From Pasteurella multocida (GTDB lineage: Bacteria > Pseudomonadota > Gammaproteobacteria > Enterobacterales > Pasteurellaceae): DNA of 32,000 nt. The stretch covers positions 30,001 to 62,000 of the forward strand of contig NZ_LT906458.1 of NCBI RefSeq assembly GCF_900187275.1, written 5' to 3'. Made by a program: the position numbers and the translations under genes. This document shows positions 19,658 through 29,108 of the stretch, piece by piece. Within the stretch, counting starts at the first letter, position 1, and each line of letters starts with the position of its first letter. Under the pieces are notes generated by a model. The model was not told the DNA's origin, did no database searches, and saw nothing but the letters and a program-made list of their open reading frames with translations.

Positions 19658-21727
19658 TTATTGTAAGAGGGAAATATCTGCCACTTGTAAGAATAGATTA
19701 CGTAGGTTATTTAAGATTGCTAAACGGTTTTGGCGTAATTGTGGATTTTCCGCGTTCACCATGACATTATCGAAGAAAGTATCCACGGGCTCACGCAATG
19801 CCGCTAAACGATCCAGTGCCACTTGGTATTCGCCTTTAGCAAATAGTGGCGCAAGCTCAGCTTGTAACGCAATCACCTGTTCAGCTAACACTTTTTCTGT
19901 TACTTCTGCACATAATGTGGTGTCAATATTGGCTGGTAATTCCCCTTCAACTTTCGCTAAAATATTGCTTACACGCTTATTGGCTGCCGCTAAAGCCTCT
20001 GCCGCCTCTAACGCACGGAAGTGTGACACCGCACGTACACGGGCATCAAAGTCCGATGGTTTGGTTGGACGACGAGCAAGCACCGCTTGAATCACATCTA
20101 CTGCAATCCCTTCATCTTGATACCAAGCACGGAAACGACCGAGCATAAACTCAACCACATCTTCCACTACATTAGTATTGGTTAACTTATCGCCAAAAAG
20201 GGCGCTCGATTTTTTCACAATTTCGGCTAAATCTAACGGCAAGTTTTTCTCCACAATAATGCGTAATGCACCTAATGCGGCACGACGTAGTGCGAATGGG
20301 TCTGCACTGCCTTTTGGTTGTTGACCGATCCCGAAAATGCCAGTGAGCGTATCGAATTTATCGGCTAATGCTACCGCACTGGCGACTAAGGATTTTGGTA
20401 ACTCATCGCCAGCAAAACGTGGCATATATTGTTCATTTAATGCTACTGCTACTTCTTCATCTTCACCATCGTGACGAGCATAATGCATCCCCATGACACC
20501 TTGCGTGTCAGTAAATTCAAACACCATGTTGGTCATTAAGTCACATTTTGACAATAAACCAGCGCGTTTGGCTTTGACTTCATCAGCACCGATTTGTTTT
20601 GCAATTTCGCCAGCCAGTTGTTCAATACGTGCCGTTTTATCACGTAATGTACCAAGCTGTTGTTGGAATAACACGGTTTCTAAACGTGGTAATTGATCTT
20701 CTAAACGTTGTTTTAAGTCGGTTTTAAAGAAAAATTCCGCATCGGTTAAACGTGGACGCACCACTTTTTCATTCCCTTCAATGATCTTGCTTGGATCGTC
20801 AGGGTTGATGTTCGACACAAAAATAAAGTGCGGTAATAATTTGCCGTCTTTGTCATAAATTGGGAAATATTTTTGGTCACCTTTCATGGTATAAACCAAG
20901 GCTTCCGCTGGGACAGCAAGGAAACGTTCTTCAAATTTCGCCGCTAATACATTTGGATATTCCACCAATGAGGTGACTTCATCAAGTAAATCGTCTTCAA
21001 TATCCGCTACGCCACCAAGTGCGGTCGCTTTTTCTTGCGATTTCGCCAAAATTAACGCTTTACGCTCATTGAAGTCAGCCACCACTGAGCCTTTTTCTTT
21101 TAATAGCGCAGGGTATTGATCCGCGTGTGAAATTTGGAATTCACGCTCACCAAGGAAACGGTGACCACGAAGGGTACGAGCGCTTTCCACGCCTAAAATT
21201 TCGCCTTCAATCAGCTCATCGCCTAGTAACATCGTCACTGTGTGAACAGGACGAATAAATTGCACAGTTTTGTCCGCCCAACGCATCGGTTTTGGAATAG
21301 GCAACTTCGCCAACGCATTCGCCACCATGTCTTTCAATAAGTTTTTAGTCGGTTGACCTTCGATTGTGGCACGATGCACTAACCACTCACCTTTGTCAGT
21401 GGCAACACGCTCAGCTTGCTCAACGCTGATCCCACAACCACGTGCCCAACCTTCAGCCGCTTTAGTTGGTTTGCCTTCTGCATCAAATGCCGCAGACACT
21501 GCTGGACCACGCTTTTCAATTTGTTTACTTGGTTGGCTGGTCGCTAAACCTAACACTTTCACCGCTAAACGACGCGGTGCCGCAAACCATTCCACCTTAT
21601 CAAAGGCTAAACCGGCTTGGTTTAGCTCCAATTCCATATTCTCTGCAAACGCAGTCGCTAATTTTTTGAGCGCCTTCGGTGGCAGCTCTTCAGTGCCGAT
21701 CTCGGCGAGGAAGTTTTGTGTTGTCAT
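19658..21727 (-). CDS. glyS: Glycine--tRNA ligase beta subunit
   Basis: A 689-aa [27 protein letters not shown]...[20 protein letters not shown]...[11 protein letters not shown] is the canonical GlyS pattern. Confidence 0.97.
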   Translation of the reverse strand: MTTQNFLAEIGTEELPPKALKKLATAFAENMELELNQAGLAFDKVEWFAAPRRLAVKVLGLATSQPSKQIEKRGPAVSAAFDAEGKPTKAAEGWARGCGISVEQAERVATDKGEWLVHRATIEGQPTKNLLKDMVANALAKLPIPKPMRWADKTVQFIRPVHTVTMLLGDELIEGEILGVESARTLRGHRFLGEREFQISHADQYPALLKEKGSVVADFNERKALILAKSQEKATALGGVADIEDDLLDEVTSLVEYPNVLAAKFEERFLAVPAEALVYTMKGDQKYFPIYDKDGKLLPHFIFVSNINPDDPSKIIEGNEKVVRPRLTDAEFFFKTDLKQRLEDQLPRLETVLFQQQLGTLRDKTARIEQLAGEIAKQIGADEVKAKRAGLLSKCDLMTNMVFEFTDTQGVMGMHYARHDGEDEEVAVALNEQYMPRFAGDELPKSLVASAVALADKFDTLTGIFGIGQQPKGSADPFALRRAALGALRIIVEKNLPLDLAEIVKKSSALFGDKLTNTNVVEDVVEFMLGRFRAWYQDEGIAVDVIQAVLARRPTKPSDFDARVRAVSHFRALEAAEALAAANKRVSNILAKVEGELPANIDTTLCAEVTEKVLAEQVIALQAELAPLFAKGEYQVALDRLAALREPVDTFFDNVMVNAENPQLRQNRLAILNNLRNLFLQVADISLLQ
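20826..20834 (+). repeat. USS core AAGTGCGGT, inside glyS
   Basis: Exact 9-mer. Confidence 0.8.
21017..21025 (+). repeat. USS core AAGTGCGGT, inside glyS
   Basis: Exact 9-mer. Confidence 0.8.
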
Positions 21728-21756
21728 TTTGTTTCTCTTTAAAAAATATCAAGATT

Positions 21757-22137
21757 CTATTTCTTTATCGTACATTTAATTGTTATTTTTTCTGTTTTAA
21801 CATCAGTTCCAAATTCCGCATGATAATTTTTATAAAGCATCATTGCTAAAGTCATTCCACCCAAAATAACAGCCAATATAATCGCGATTTCAAATGTTGC
21901 GAATATGCCGATAGCTATTAATATTTTGTTCATTATTATTCCAAATAGTCCGTCACTCGTTGATGGGAAGAATGATACAGCAAAGACGAAAGCAAGTGCG
22001 CCTAAAATCCATTTGTCAATTGTTGTAATCTTTTGGGCCTTTTTCATTTTTTCGGCTAATTCACCCTTAATAATGAAACTCGGCTCTTTATTCTTCAGCG
22101 CTCTTTCAAGGTCTTCCTTCATGTTAATGACTAACAT
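21757..22137 (-). CDS. Orphan small membrane protein (126 aa), function unknown
   Basis: Strong SD (AAGGAGcaaataaATG). A charged N-terminal segment of about 40 aa is followed by 2-3 hydrophobic helices (WILGALAFVFAVSFF; LFGIIMNKILIAIGIFATF; IAIILAVILGGMTLAMMLY) and a basic C-terminus. The region is much more AT-rich than its neighbours. I recognise no family. Confidence 0.55.
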   Translation of the reverse strand: MLVINMKEDLERALKNKEPSFIIKGELAEKMKKAQKITTIDKWILGALAFVFAVSFFPSTSDGLFGIIMNKILIAIGIFATFEIAIILAVILGGMTLAMMLYKNYHAEFGTDVKTEKITIKCTIKK

Positions 22138-22267
22138 TTATTTGCTCCTTGTCGACATAAATTAATATTTATAGCACTTTGATTTTGCGAAATCTTCAAT
22201 ATAACTAAAAAGAGTGACGTTTCATTTGATTATGTTCGTTTCCCGACGAGCGCTATCTCTCTATCAT

Positions 22268-22891
22268 TCACTTAGGCTGTGTTTCTTTTAGCTCAGGATA
22301 TTGGTCATTCATCTCCACCGCCCATTGCACTAAGTGCGGTGCGATGTCTTTCAAATTCACGCCGAGCTTTTCACCACGTAAGGCGTACCAGTCGATCAAG
22401 CAAACGGCAGAAATGGTGCCTAAATTCAGCTCATCGCCAAATTGTACTAAATAACGTTCTAACTCTTTGAAACTACGGATATTGCGTTCAGTTAATTGCT
22501 GATGACGTGCAGTCCACCATTCGTTTTCAGGGCGGAGCAAACGCTCGGAAATAATCGGCAAGGTATTTTCCATAATGCCGTCAGTTAGCGCGTGCAGTTG
22601 CAATACCTTCCAGCGTTGGCTGTTACGAGGCAATAAATGACTCTCTGACTGAGTTTGTGCACCAAGATGATCAAGGTATTCACAAATTACATGACTGTTA
22701 TACAGCCATTCACCGTTATCCAGTTGTAACGCAGGCACTCTTCCAAGCGGATTATCTTGATTGTGCGGTGAATTAGGATCAAAAGAAGATTGAATGGTGT
22801 GTAATTCAATTTGATTCTCAAGCTGATGATATTTAATCACCGCCATCACTTTGCGTACATAAGGACTGGTGTTGGAATGCCAGAGTTTCAT
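22268..22891 (-). CDS. Glutathione S-transferase family protein (YibF-like)
   Basis: MKLWHSNTSPYVRKV...NPLGRVPALQLDNGEWLYNSHVICEYL...LLPR aligns with remembered E. coli YibF (MKLVGSYTSPFVRKL...NPLGKVPVL...SPIIAEYI...MLPR). SD AAGGAG lies upstream. Confidence 0.8.
   Translation of the reverse strand: MKLWHSNTSPYVRKVMAVIKYHQLENQIELHTIQSSFDPNSPHNQDNPLGRVPALQLDNGEWLYNSHVICEYLDHLGAQTQSESHLLPRNSQRWKVLQLHALTDGIMENTLPIISERLLRPENEWWTARHQQLTERNIRSFKELERYLVQFGDELNLGTISAVCLIDWYALRGEKLGVNLKDIAPHLVQWAVEMNDQYPELKETQPK
22332..22340 (+). repeat. USS core AAGTGCGGT, inside the GST gene
   Basis: Exact 9-mer. Confidence 0.8.
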
Positions 22892-22908
22892 TTTTTGCTC
22901 CTTACTTG

Positions 22909-23172
22909 TTAGCCGAAAATGTCTTTTAACTGGTTAATATCAAGAACCACTTGCTCGTCTGCTAATAACAACGCAGGAATGCCGATATAGCCATTCTCTT
23001 TCGCTTGCTCAAAAGCGAGATGCTGATCACGCAGTGTTAAAAAACGTTTGAAATTTGCCATAGACGACATGATTTCAACGCTTTCATAGTCCACTTCTAA
23101 GCGCGCTAATTCTGCCACAAATGGCGCCGTATCAGGGCAGAGGTTGGCGAAGAATAAAACCGGTTTGCTCAT
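22909..23172 (-). CDS. Small thioredoxin-fold, glutaredoxin-related protein with monothiol CPDT motif
   Basis: An 87-aa ORF. VLFFANLCPDT...FKRFLTLRD...NGYIGIPALLL resembles the COG4545-type glutaredoxin-related family (CPDC...LKxFLxxRD...GxIGIP), but the second Cys is replaced by Thr. Confidence 0.6.
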   Translation of the reverse strand: MSKPVLFFANLCPDTAPFVAELARLEVDYESVEIMSSMANFKRFLTLRDQHLAFEQAKENGYIGIPALLLADEQVVLDINQLKDIFG

Positions 23173-23194
23173 CGTAAAAATACCTGAAAAATGA

Positions 23195-23203
23195 ACCGCA
23201 CTT
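23195..23203 (-). repeat. USS core (complement), at the junction of glyQ and the glutaredoxin-like gene
   Basis: Exact 9-mer ACCGCACTT, reaching into the first base of the glyQ stop codon. Confidence 0.8.
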
Positions 23204-24105
23204 TATTTACACCCCGGGAACCCCAATGCTTCACGGCTTGCATAGTAAGCTTCCGCCACGCCTTTGGTTAACGCACGAATGCGTAAGATATAACGTTGGC
23301 GTTCGGTCACGGAAATCGCTTTGCGTGCATCGAGCAAGTTAAAGCTATGTGCTGCTTTTAAAATGCGTTCGTAAGCCGGTAATGGCAACGGTTTTTCTAA
23401 GGCTAACAATTCGCTGGCTTCTTTTTCGTATTGATCGAAACAGTAGAATAAAAAGTCAGTATTGGCGTATTCAAAGTTGTAGGTCGATTGTTCTACTTCG
23501 TTTTGGTGGAACACATCGCCATAAGTAGTTTTGCCTAATGGACCATCAGACCAAACGAGGTCGTACACGCTGTCCACACCTTGAATGTACATGGCTAAAC
23601 GCTCTAAACCGTAAGTAATTTCGCCAGTCACCGGTTTACATTCTAAACCGCCCACTTGTTGGAAATAAGTAAATTGGGTCACTTCCATGCCGTTTAACCA
23701 CACTTCCCAACCCAAGCCCCATGCACCTAACGTTGGGTTTTCCCAGTTATCTTCCACGAAACGAATATCGTTTTGGGTTGGATCAAAACCGAGCATTTTT
23801 AAGCTGTCTAAATACAATTCTTGAATATTATCTGGTGACGGTTTGATCACCACTTGGAATTGGTAGTAGTGCTGTAAACGGTTTGGGTTTTCGCCGTAGC
23901 GACCGTCTGTTGGTCGGCGTGATGGCTGAACATAGGCTGCTGCCATTGGCTCAGGACCTAAAGCTTTTAAGCAAGTCATTGGGTGCGATGTGCCGGCACC
24001 TACTTCCATATCAAAGGGTTGAACGATGACACAACCTTGGTTTGCCCAGTAATCTTGTAAGGCAAGGATCATGCCTTGGAAGGTTTTTACATTAAATTTT
24101 GTCAT
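23203..24105 (-). CDS. glyQ: Glycine--tRNA ligase alpha subunit
   Basis: A 300-aa [37 protein letters not shown]...[26 protein letters not shown] is the canonical GlyQ pattern. Confidence 0.98.
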
Positions 24106-24268
24106 GATAATGTCTTTATAAAATAAGTTGAAAAAGAGAGAGAAAAATACGCCTTATTATAGGGGAAAGTCAAAGCGGGATAAAGAATAATCTCTGTTTG
24201 ACTTGATTTTTCATTTTGCGAGAAAAACAGAAAAATAAAAATGCGGATTGGTTATGTGACGCGTGTTA

Positions 24269-24277
24269 AAGTGCGGT
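24269..24277 (+). repeat. USS core AAGTGCGGT, intergenic glyQ/DUF2254
   Basis: Exact 9-mer followed by a T-rich flank. Confidence 0.8.
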
Positions 24278-24386
24278 AGTTTTTTCGCAATTTTTTGTTT
24301 TTAAATGTGATCTGGCGTACTTACTTTTTTCCCTATTTTGGTTAGACTTGAACGTATTTTAAAGTTAAGTGTAGGGAGCCTGTGGA

Positions 24387-25640
24387 ATGCTATATCAATG
24401 GTTATTGGTATTAAAAAAACCAAGTAATAAATTATGGGTTAGCGCTGCGAGCTGGGCATTGCTCACCGTCATTTTTGTGCTTTCGCTCCGTTTAGGGGCA
24501 AGAACGTTAGAGGTGGCAAGTTTACCGGATATTAAGCAAGAGACATTAGAAAGTTTATTAAATGTGATTGCTTCCAGTATGTTAGCGGTGACGACGTTTT
24601 CGTTGTCGATTATGGTAGCGGCGTTTGCCTCTGCCTCGAATGGGGCAACCCCACGAGCCACGGATTTGGTGATGGGGGACAGTACCACACGCACTGCGAT
24701 TACCAGTTTTATTTGCGCTTTTATTTACGCCATTATTGCCAAAACGGCGTTAGGTATGGCGTTTTACGCACAAAATGGACGTTTTATTTTATTTATTAGT
24801 ACGGTAGCCGTTCTGTTGTATTTAATTATTACTCTAATCCGTTGGGTTTATACCTTATCCCAACTCGGACGTTTGGGGAATACGTTAGAAAAAATTGAAC
24901 AAGTGACAGGCAACGCGTTGCGGCAATACCGTCACTGTCCTCAGATGAACGCGGTATCAACACGACAGCTCAGTTCAGTGGCAAAAAAAATTGAGGCAAG
25001 AAAAAGTGGCTATTTAACCCATATTGATATGCAAGGGCTACAAAAAAAGGCACAAGCACTTGAGGGGTATATTCATATTTATGTTCGACCTGGCGAACTG
25101 ATTTCACCGGATACAGTGATTTGTGCGTTAGAAACTGAACAGGACGTTGAAGAAGAAATATTGCGCCAGTATTTTGTGTTAGCAAAAGGACGGACGTATG
25201 AGCAAGATCCTAACTGGGGCTTTATTGTCTTAAGTGAAGCTGCGCAACGCGCTCTTTCCCCCGCGGTGAATGATCCGGGAACGGCGATTAATATTATGGC
25301 AATCATGATGAATTTGTTTGTACAAGAGCCTGAACCTCAATCAGAAGCAGATGTAGTGGAATATGATCGGTTATCTATCGCTCAATTAGATTGTGCAGAA
25401 TGGATACGTGATGCCTTTGCTCCTATTTCCCGTGATGGCGCGGGGATTTTAGAGGTCAACGTGGTGATGCAAAAAGTGCTCGCCAGTATTTGGCGTAATG
25501 TACCAGAAAAAGCCGTTTCAAATGCCGCCTTACTTATGGCAGAGCAAGCATTGGCAAGGGCAGAGCAAGCGTTAGTGTTGCAGGCAGAGAGAGAACAATT
25601 ACGCGAAAAACATAACCAATTATTCCATTCGGTGCGTTAA
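24387..25640 (+). CDS. DUF2254-like membrane protein, function unknown
   Basis: A 417-aa ORF with four N-terminal TM helices and a soluble C-terminal domain. The domain carries the motif [32 protein letters not shown], which I associate with DUF2254. SD AGGGAG lies upstream. Confidence 0.55.
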
Positions 25641-25750
25641 GTTTGCCCGATGCAATAGGCAGAGCTAAGAATTTATCACCGATTGATAAAACATCCGCTA
25701 TAATGGACGAACTTTTTAGAACAAGAGAACTCAAATTTAAGGAATTTATC

Positions 25751-26608
25751 ATGCAAAATCCAAAAGATGACGTACTTTATGCGCCGATTGAATGGCAAGA
25801 CCACAGTGAAGGGTATACCGATATTCTTTATCATAAATCGCTCGATGGGATTGCGAAAATTACCATTAATCGCCCTGAAGTACGTAACGCATTTCGTCCC
25901 CAAACCGTGAAAGAAATGATTCAAGCCTTTGCCGATGCGCGTTTTGATGAACAAATTGGTGTGATTGTATTAACGGGACAAGGTGAAAAAGCGTTTTGTT
26001 CTGGTGGCGATCAAAAAGTGCGTGGCGATTATGGCGGTTATCAAGATGAGAGCGGTGTACATCATTTAAATGTATTGGATTTTCAACGTGATATTCGTAC
26101 TTGTCCAAAACCAGTGGTCGCCATGGTGGCGGGTTATGCGATTGGTGGTGGGCATGTATTACATATGATTTGTGATTTAACCATTGCTGCAGACAATGCG
26201 ATTTTTGGTCAAACAGGACCTAAAGTGGGTTCCTTTGACGGTGGTTGGGGCGCAAGTTATATGGCGCGTATCGTTGGTCAGAAAAAAGCGCGTGAAATTT
26301 GGTTCTTATGTCGTCAATATGACGCCAAAGAAGCCTTGGAAATGGGGTTAGTGAATACAGTCGTGCCTTACGCGGAGTTAGAAAAAGAAACCGTGCGTTG
26401 GTGCCGTGAAATGTTGCGTAATAGTCCAATTGCATTACGTTGTTTAAAAGCTGCATTAAATGCAGACTGTGATGGACAAGCGGGCTTACAAGAGTTAGCG
26501 GGCAATGCGACGATGTTATTCTATATGACAGAAGAAGGCCAAGAAGGGCGCAATGCGTTTAATGAAAAACGTGCGCCTGACTTCAGTAAATTTAAACGTA
26601 ATCCCTGA
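25751..26608 (+). CDS. menB: 1,4-dihydroxy-2-naphthoyl-CoA synthase
   Basis: From ATG 25751 (SD AAGGAA) the 285-aa product has the crotonase fold with [16 protein letters not shown] and [11 protein letters not shown], collinear with E. coli MenB. The ORF-track extension from 25643 is rejected. TATAAT lies at 25699-25704. Confidence 0.96.
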
Positions 26609-26690
26609 TCCAAGTATTGTTGTAAGTGGTGAGCTTGTTGCGAGTGAACTGCATTGTTTAACATGAAGTAAATACATAAGGAAGATGTCT

Positions 26691-26864
26691 ATGTTTTCTT
26701 GGAAGAAAGTCCTCTTTAAAGGTGTGATAGCGGTATTATCGCTCTTTGTCTTCGCTGTCGCGGTATTTTTTGTCGGTATGGCGCTGTTAACGCTTGATCC
26801 GAAAGACCGTTGTTTAGATTATGGTGGACGTTATGACGATGCAACAAAAATATGTGAAAAATGA
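26691..26864 (+). CDS. Unannotated 57-aa single-pass membrane mini-protein, translationally coupled to menC
   Basis: Hand translation gives [66 protein letters not shown] lies about 8 nt upstream. The TGA (26862-26864) overlaps the menC ATG (26861-26863) as ATGA. It is below the ORF-track size cutoff. Confidence 0.55.
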   Translation: MFSWKKVLFKGVIAVLSLFVFAVAVFFVGMALLTLDPKDRCLDYGGRYDDATKICEK

Positions 26865-27874
26865 CCATGATAAGAAAATTTAAGTTATATCAATACAGTA
26901 TTCCCGTCGATAGCCAACTCATTTTACGCAATCGTTTCTTAAAAAAGCGTGAAGGGTTGCTCGTGCAAGTTTGCTGTGATGATGCACAAGGTTGGGGGGA
27001 GATTGCCCCCCTACCTGAGTTTAGCCAAGAAACTTTAGAGCAGGCGCGTGAACAAGCATTAGCATGGTTAGAGGAATGGTCTGCCAGTGATGCTTCAGCC
27101 GGAAAATTGCCTTTAGAGCATTTATTTCCTTCTGTGGCATTCGGTTTAAGCTGTGCGTTAGCGGAAATGAAGGGGTTACTACATGAAGAAGGCAATTATC
27201 AAGTGGCACCACTTTGTTATGGTGATCCTGATGAGTTATATGATCCCCTCAACCAAATGCAAGGTGAAAAAGTCGCCAAAATTAAAGTGGGGATGTATGA
27301 AGCTAATCGCGATGGGCTAATTGCGGATATGCTCCTTGAAGCCATTCCTGATTTACATTTACGCCTTGATGCGAACCGCAGTTGGACGCCGAGCAAAGCA
27401 CAGATGTTTGCGAAATATGTCAAACCAGAACATCGTGCACGCATTCAATTTTTAGAAGAACCGTGTAAAACGCCAGCAGAAAGCCTGCAATTTGCGGAAG
27501 AAACTGGTATTGCGATAGCCTGGGATGAAACAGTACGTGACGCAGAATTTCAACAAAATCCACCGCACTTTTTTACGCCTCAAGTGAAAGCCATTGTGAT
27601 CAAGCCAACGTTAGTGGGTTCTATACAACGCTGTGTTGAATTGATTAAGCAAGCACATGCGCATGGAATACAAGCGGTAATCAGTTCTTCCATTGAAAGT
27701 AGCCTAGGTTTAACGCAATTAGCACGTCTTGCGCAACAATATACCCCAAATACGGTGCCGGGACTGGATACGCTAGATTTGATGGATTACCAAGTGATAC
27801 GCCCGTGGCCAAGCTCAACGTTACCACTGATTGACTTAGATTCAGAATATATTGTTCCCATTAAGCTGGACTGA
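26861..27874 (+). CDS. menC: o-Succinylbenzoate synthase
   Basis: A 337-aa [69 protein letters not shown] and [19 protein letters not shown] are collinear with E. coli MenC. ATG 26867 is an alternative start. Confidence 0.95.
   Translation: MTMIRKFKLYQYSIPVDSQLILRNRFLKKREGLLVQVCCDDAQGWGEIAPLPEFSQETLEQAREQALAWLEEWSASDASAGKLPLEHLFPSVAFGLSCALAEMKGLLHEEGNYQVAPLCYGDPDELYDPLNQMQGEKVAKIKVGMYEANRDGLIADMLLEAIPDLHLRLDANRSWTPSKAQMFAKYVKPEHRARIQFLEEPCKTPAESLQFAEETGIAIAWDETVRDAEFQQNPPHFFTPQVKAIVIKPTLVGSIQRCVELIKQAHAHGIQAVISSSIESSLGLTQLARLAQQYTPNTVPGLDTLDLMDYQVIRPWPSSTLPLIDLDSEYIVPIKLD
27562..27570 (-). repeat. USS core (complement), inside menC
   Basis: Exact 9-mer ACCGCACTT. Confidence 0.8.
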
Positions 27875-27944
27875 TAAGACCACAAAAAGGCTGTTATTTC
27901 AGAAAAAATAGTTATAATTCTCAACTTTTAATGAGGAAGGCATT

Positions 27945-28391
27945 ATGTCGCAACCAAAACGAATTTTGCTATTAAATGGACCGAACTTAAATATGTTAGG
28001 TGTAAGAGAGCCTACCCATTATGGCAGCCTGTCTTTAAAAACCATTGAGCAAGATTTACAGTCATTGGCACAACAATATGCTGTTGAATTGAGTTGTTTC
28101 CAAGCAAACAGTGAAGAAAAATTAATTGAGAAAATTCACCAAAGTTTTCAACAGATTGATTTTATTATTATCAATCCTGCGGCATTTACTCACACCAGTG
28201 TGGCACTACGCGATGCGCTTTTGGCTGTGGCGATTCCGTTTGTGGAAGTGCATTTATCGAATGTGCATAAACGTGAACCTTTCCGTCATCACTCTTATTT
28301 TAGTGATGTGGCTGAAGGTGTGATTTGCGGTTTAGGCGCAAAAGGGTATGAATTTGCGCTACAGTTTGCGGTCAGTTTCCTGAAAAAATAG
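27945..28391 (+). CDS. aroQ: 3-dehydroquinate dehydratase, type II
   Basis: A 148-aa [24 protein letters not shown]...[18 protein letters not shown]...[17 protein letters not shown] is the type II DHQase signature. aroQ-accB-accC is a common gammaproteobacterial arrangement. Confidence 0.96.
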   Translation: MSQPKRILLLNGPNLNMLGVREPTHYGSLSLKTIEQDLQSLAQQYAVELSCFQANSEEKLIEKIHQSFQQIDFIIINPAAFTHTSVALRDALLAVAIPFVEVHLSNVHKREPFRHHSYFSDVAEGVICGLGAKGYEFALQFAVSFLKK

Positions 28392-28545
28392 GCATAAATT
28401 AAAGAAATTGACAGAATTTTATCGCAAAGTTGTCGATTTTCAGGTAATCTCTCGCACGAGATGTAGAATTAACCAGTTGGCACTTTAACTATCGTGGTTT
28501 GATAGCGAAAGGGTCGTTAAGAAATAATATGTTAGGACATAGATT

Positions 28546-29007
28546 ATGGACATTCGTAAAATTAAAAAGCTGATCGAATTAGTAGAAGAATCGGGCATTA
28601 TGGAATTGGAAATTTCTGAAGGGGAAGAATCCGTTCGTATTAATCGTGGTTCAGCTGCACCAAGTGCGGTGCAATATAGCCTACCTGTACAAGCTGCTCC
28701 AGCACCAGTTGCAGCCCCTACTGCACCAGCCGTATCGGCGCCAGCTGCGCCAGTCAATGCAGAAGAAGTGTCTGGTCACTTTATTCGTTCACCAATGGTA
28801 GGGACCTTTTATCGTAGTCCAAGTCCAGAAGCCAAACCATTTGTTGAAATTGGGCAGGCAGTAAAAGTGGGTGATGCACTTTGTATCGTTGAAGCGATGA
28901 AAATGATGAACCGTATTGAAGCAGATAAAGCCGGCGTGGTGAAGGCAATCTTAGTCAATGACGGTGAAGCCGTTGAGTTTGATCAAAAACTTATCATCAT
29001 TGAATAA
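28546..29007 (+). CDS. accB: Biotin carboxyl carrier protein of acetyl-CoA carboxylase
   Basis: A 153-aa ORF with an Ala/Pro-rich hinge and the biotinylation motif [10 protein letters not shown]. Confidence 0.97.
   Translation: MDIRKIKKLIELVEESGIMELEISEGEESVRINRGSAAPSAVQYSLPVQAAPAPVAAPTAPAVSAPAAPVNAEEVSGHFIRSPMVGTFYRSPSPEAKPFVEIGQAVKVGDALCIVEAMKMMNRIEADKAGVVKAILVNDGEAVEFDQKLIIIE
28662..28670 (+). repeat. USS core AAGTGCGGT, inside accB
   Basis: Exact 9-mer. Confidence 0.8.
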
Positions 29008-29022
29008 TCAACTAAATTTGTA

Positions 29023-29049
29023 ATAAGCGATGTGATATCGCTTATTTTT
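29023..29049 (+). terminator. Terminator-like hairpin in the accB-accC spacer (possible intra-operon attenuator)
   Basis: A 9-bp stem ATAAGCGAT / ATCGCTTAT has loop GTGAT and is followed by TTTT. It starts 16 nt after the accB stop. Confidence 0.45.
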
Positions 29050-29068
29050 CATATCAATCTATTGCTAG

Positions 29069-29084
29069 ATAGTGAGCTCACTAT
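29069..29084. promoter_or_regulatory. Perfect 16-bp palindrome upstream of accC (candidate operator)
   Basis: ATAGTGAGCTCACTAT is exactly self-complementary. It lies between a -35-like TTGCTA (29062-29067) and a weak -10-like TTTACT (29084-29089), 25 nt before the accC ATG. Confidence 0.3.
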
Positions 29085-29108
29085 TTACTTACAAAGTGGA
29101 ATTTTCTT

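Noticed and set aside
19554-20090. 178-aa plus-strand ORF overlapping the 3' part of glyS
   Set aside because: It is entirely antisense to a well-supported glyS reading frame. The product is Ser/Ala/Arg-rich low-complexity sequence typical of shadow ORFs, it has no SD, and it starts inside the aspA terminator.
26994-27011. G6-AGATTG-C6 inverted repeat inside menC
   Set aside because: It encodes the conserved MenC block GWGEIAPLP, so the sequence is explained by codon choice for Gly/Trp/Pro. There is no evidence for a regulatory role.
28546-29007. Ala/Pro-rich repetitive stretch in accB, and the Arg/Gly/Glu-rich tail of deaD (about 9780-10281), as possible novel repeats
   Set aside because: Both are well-known low-complexity regions of these protein families: the BCCP hinge and the DeaD C-terminal RNA-binding extension.
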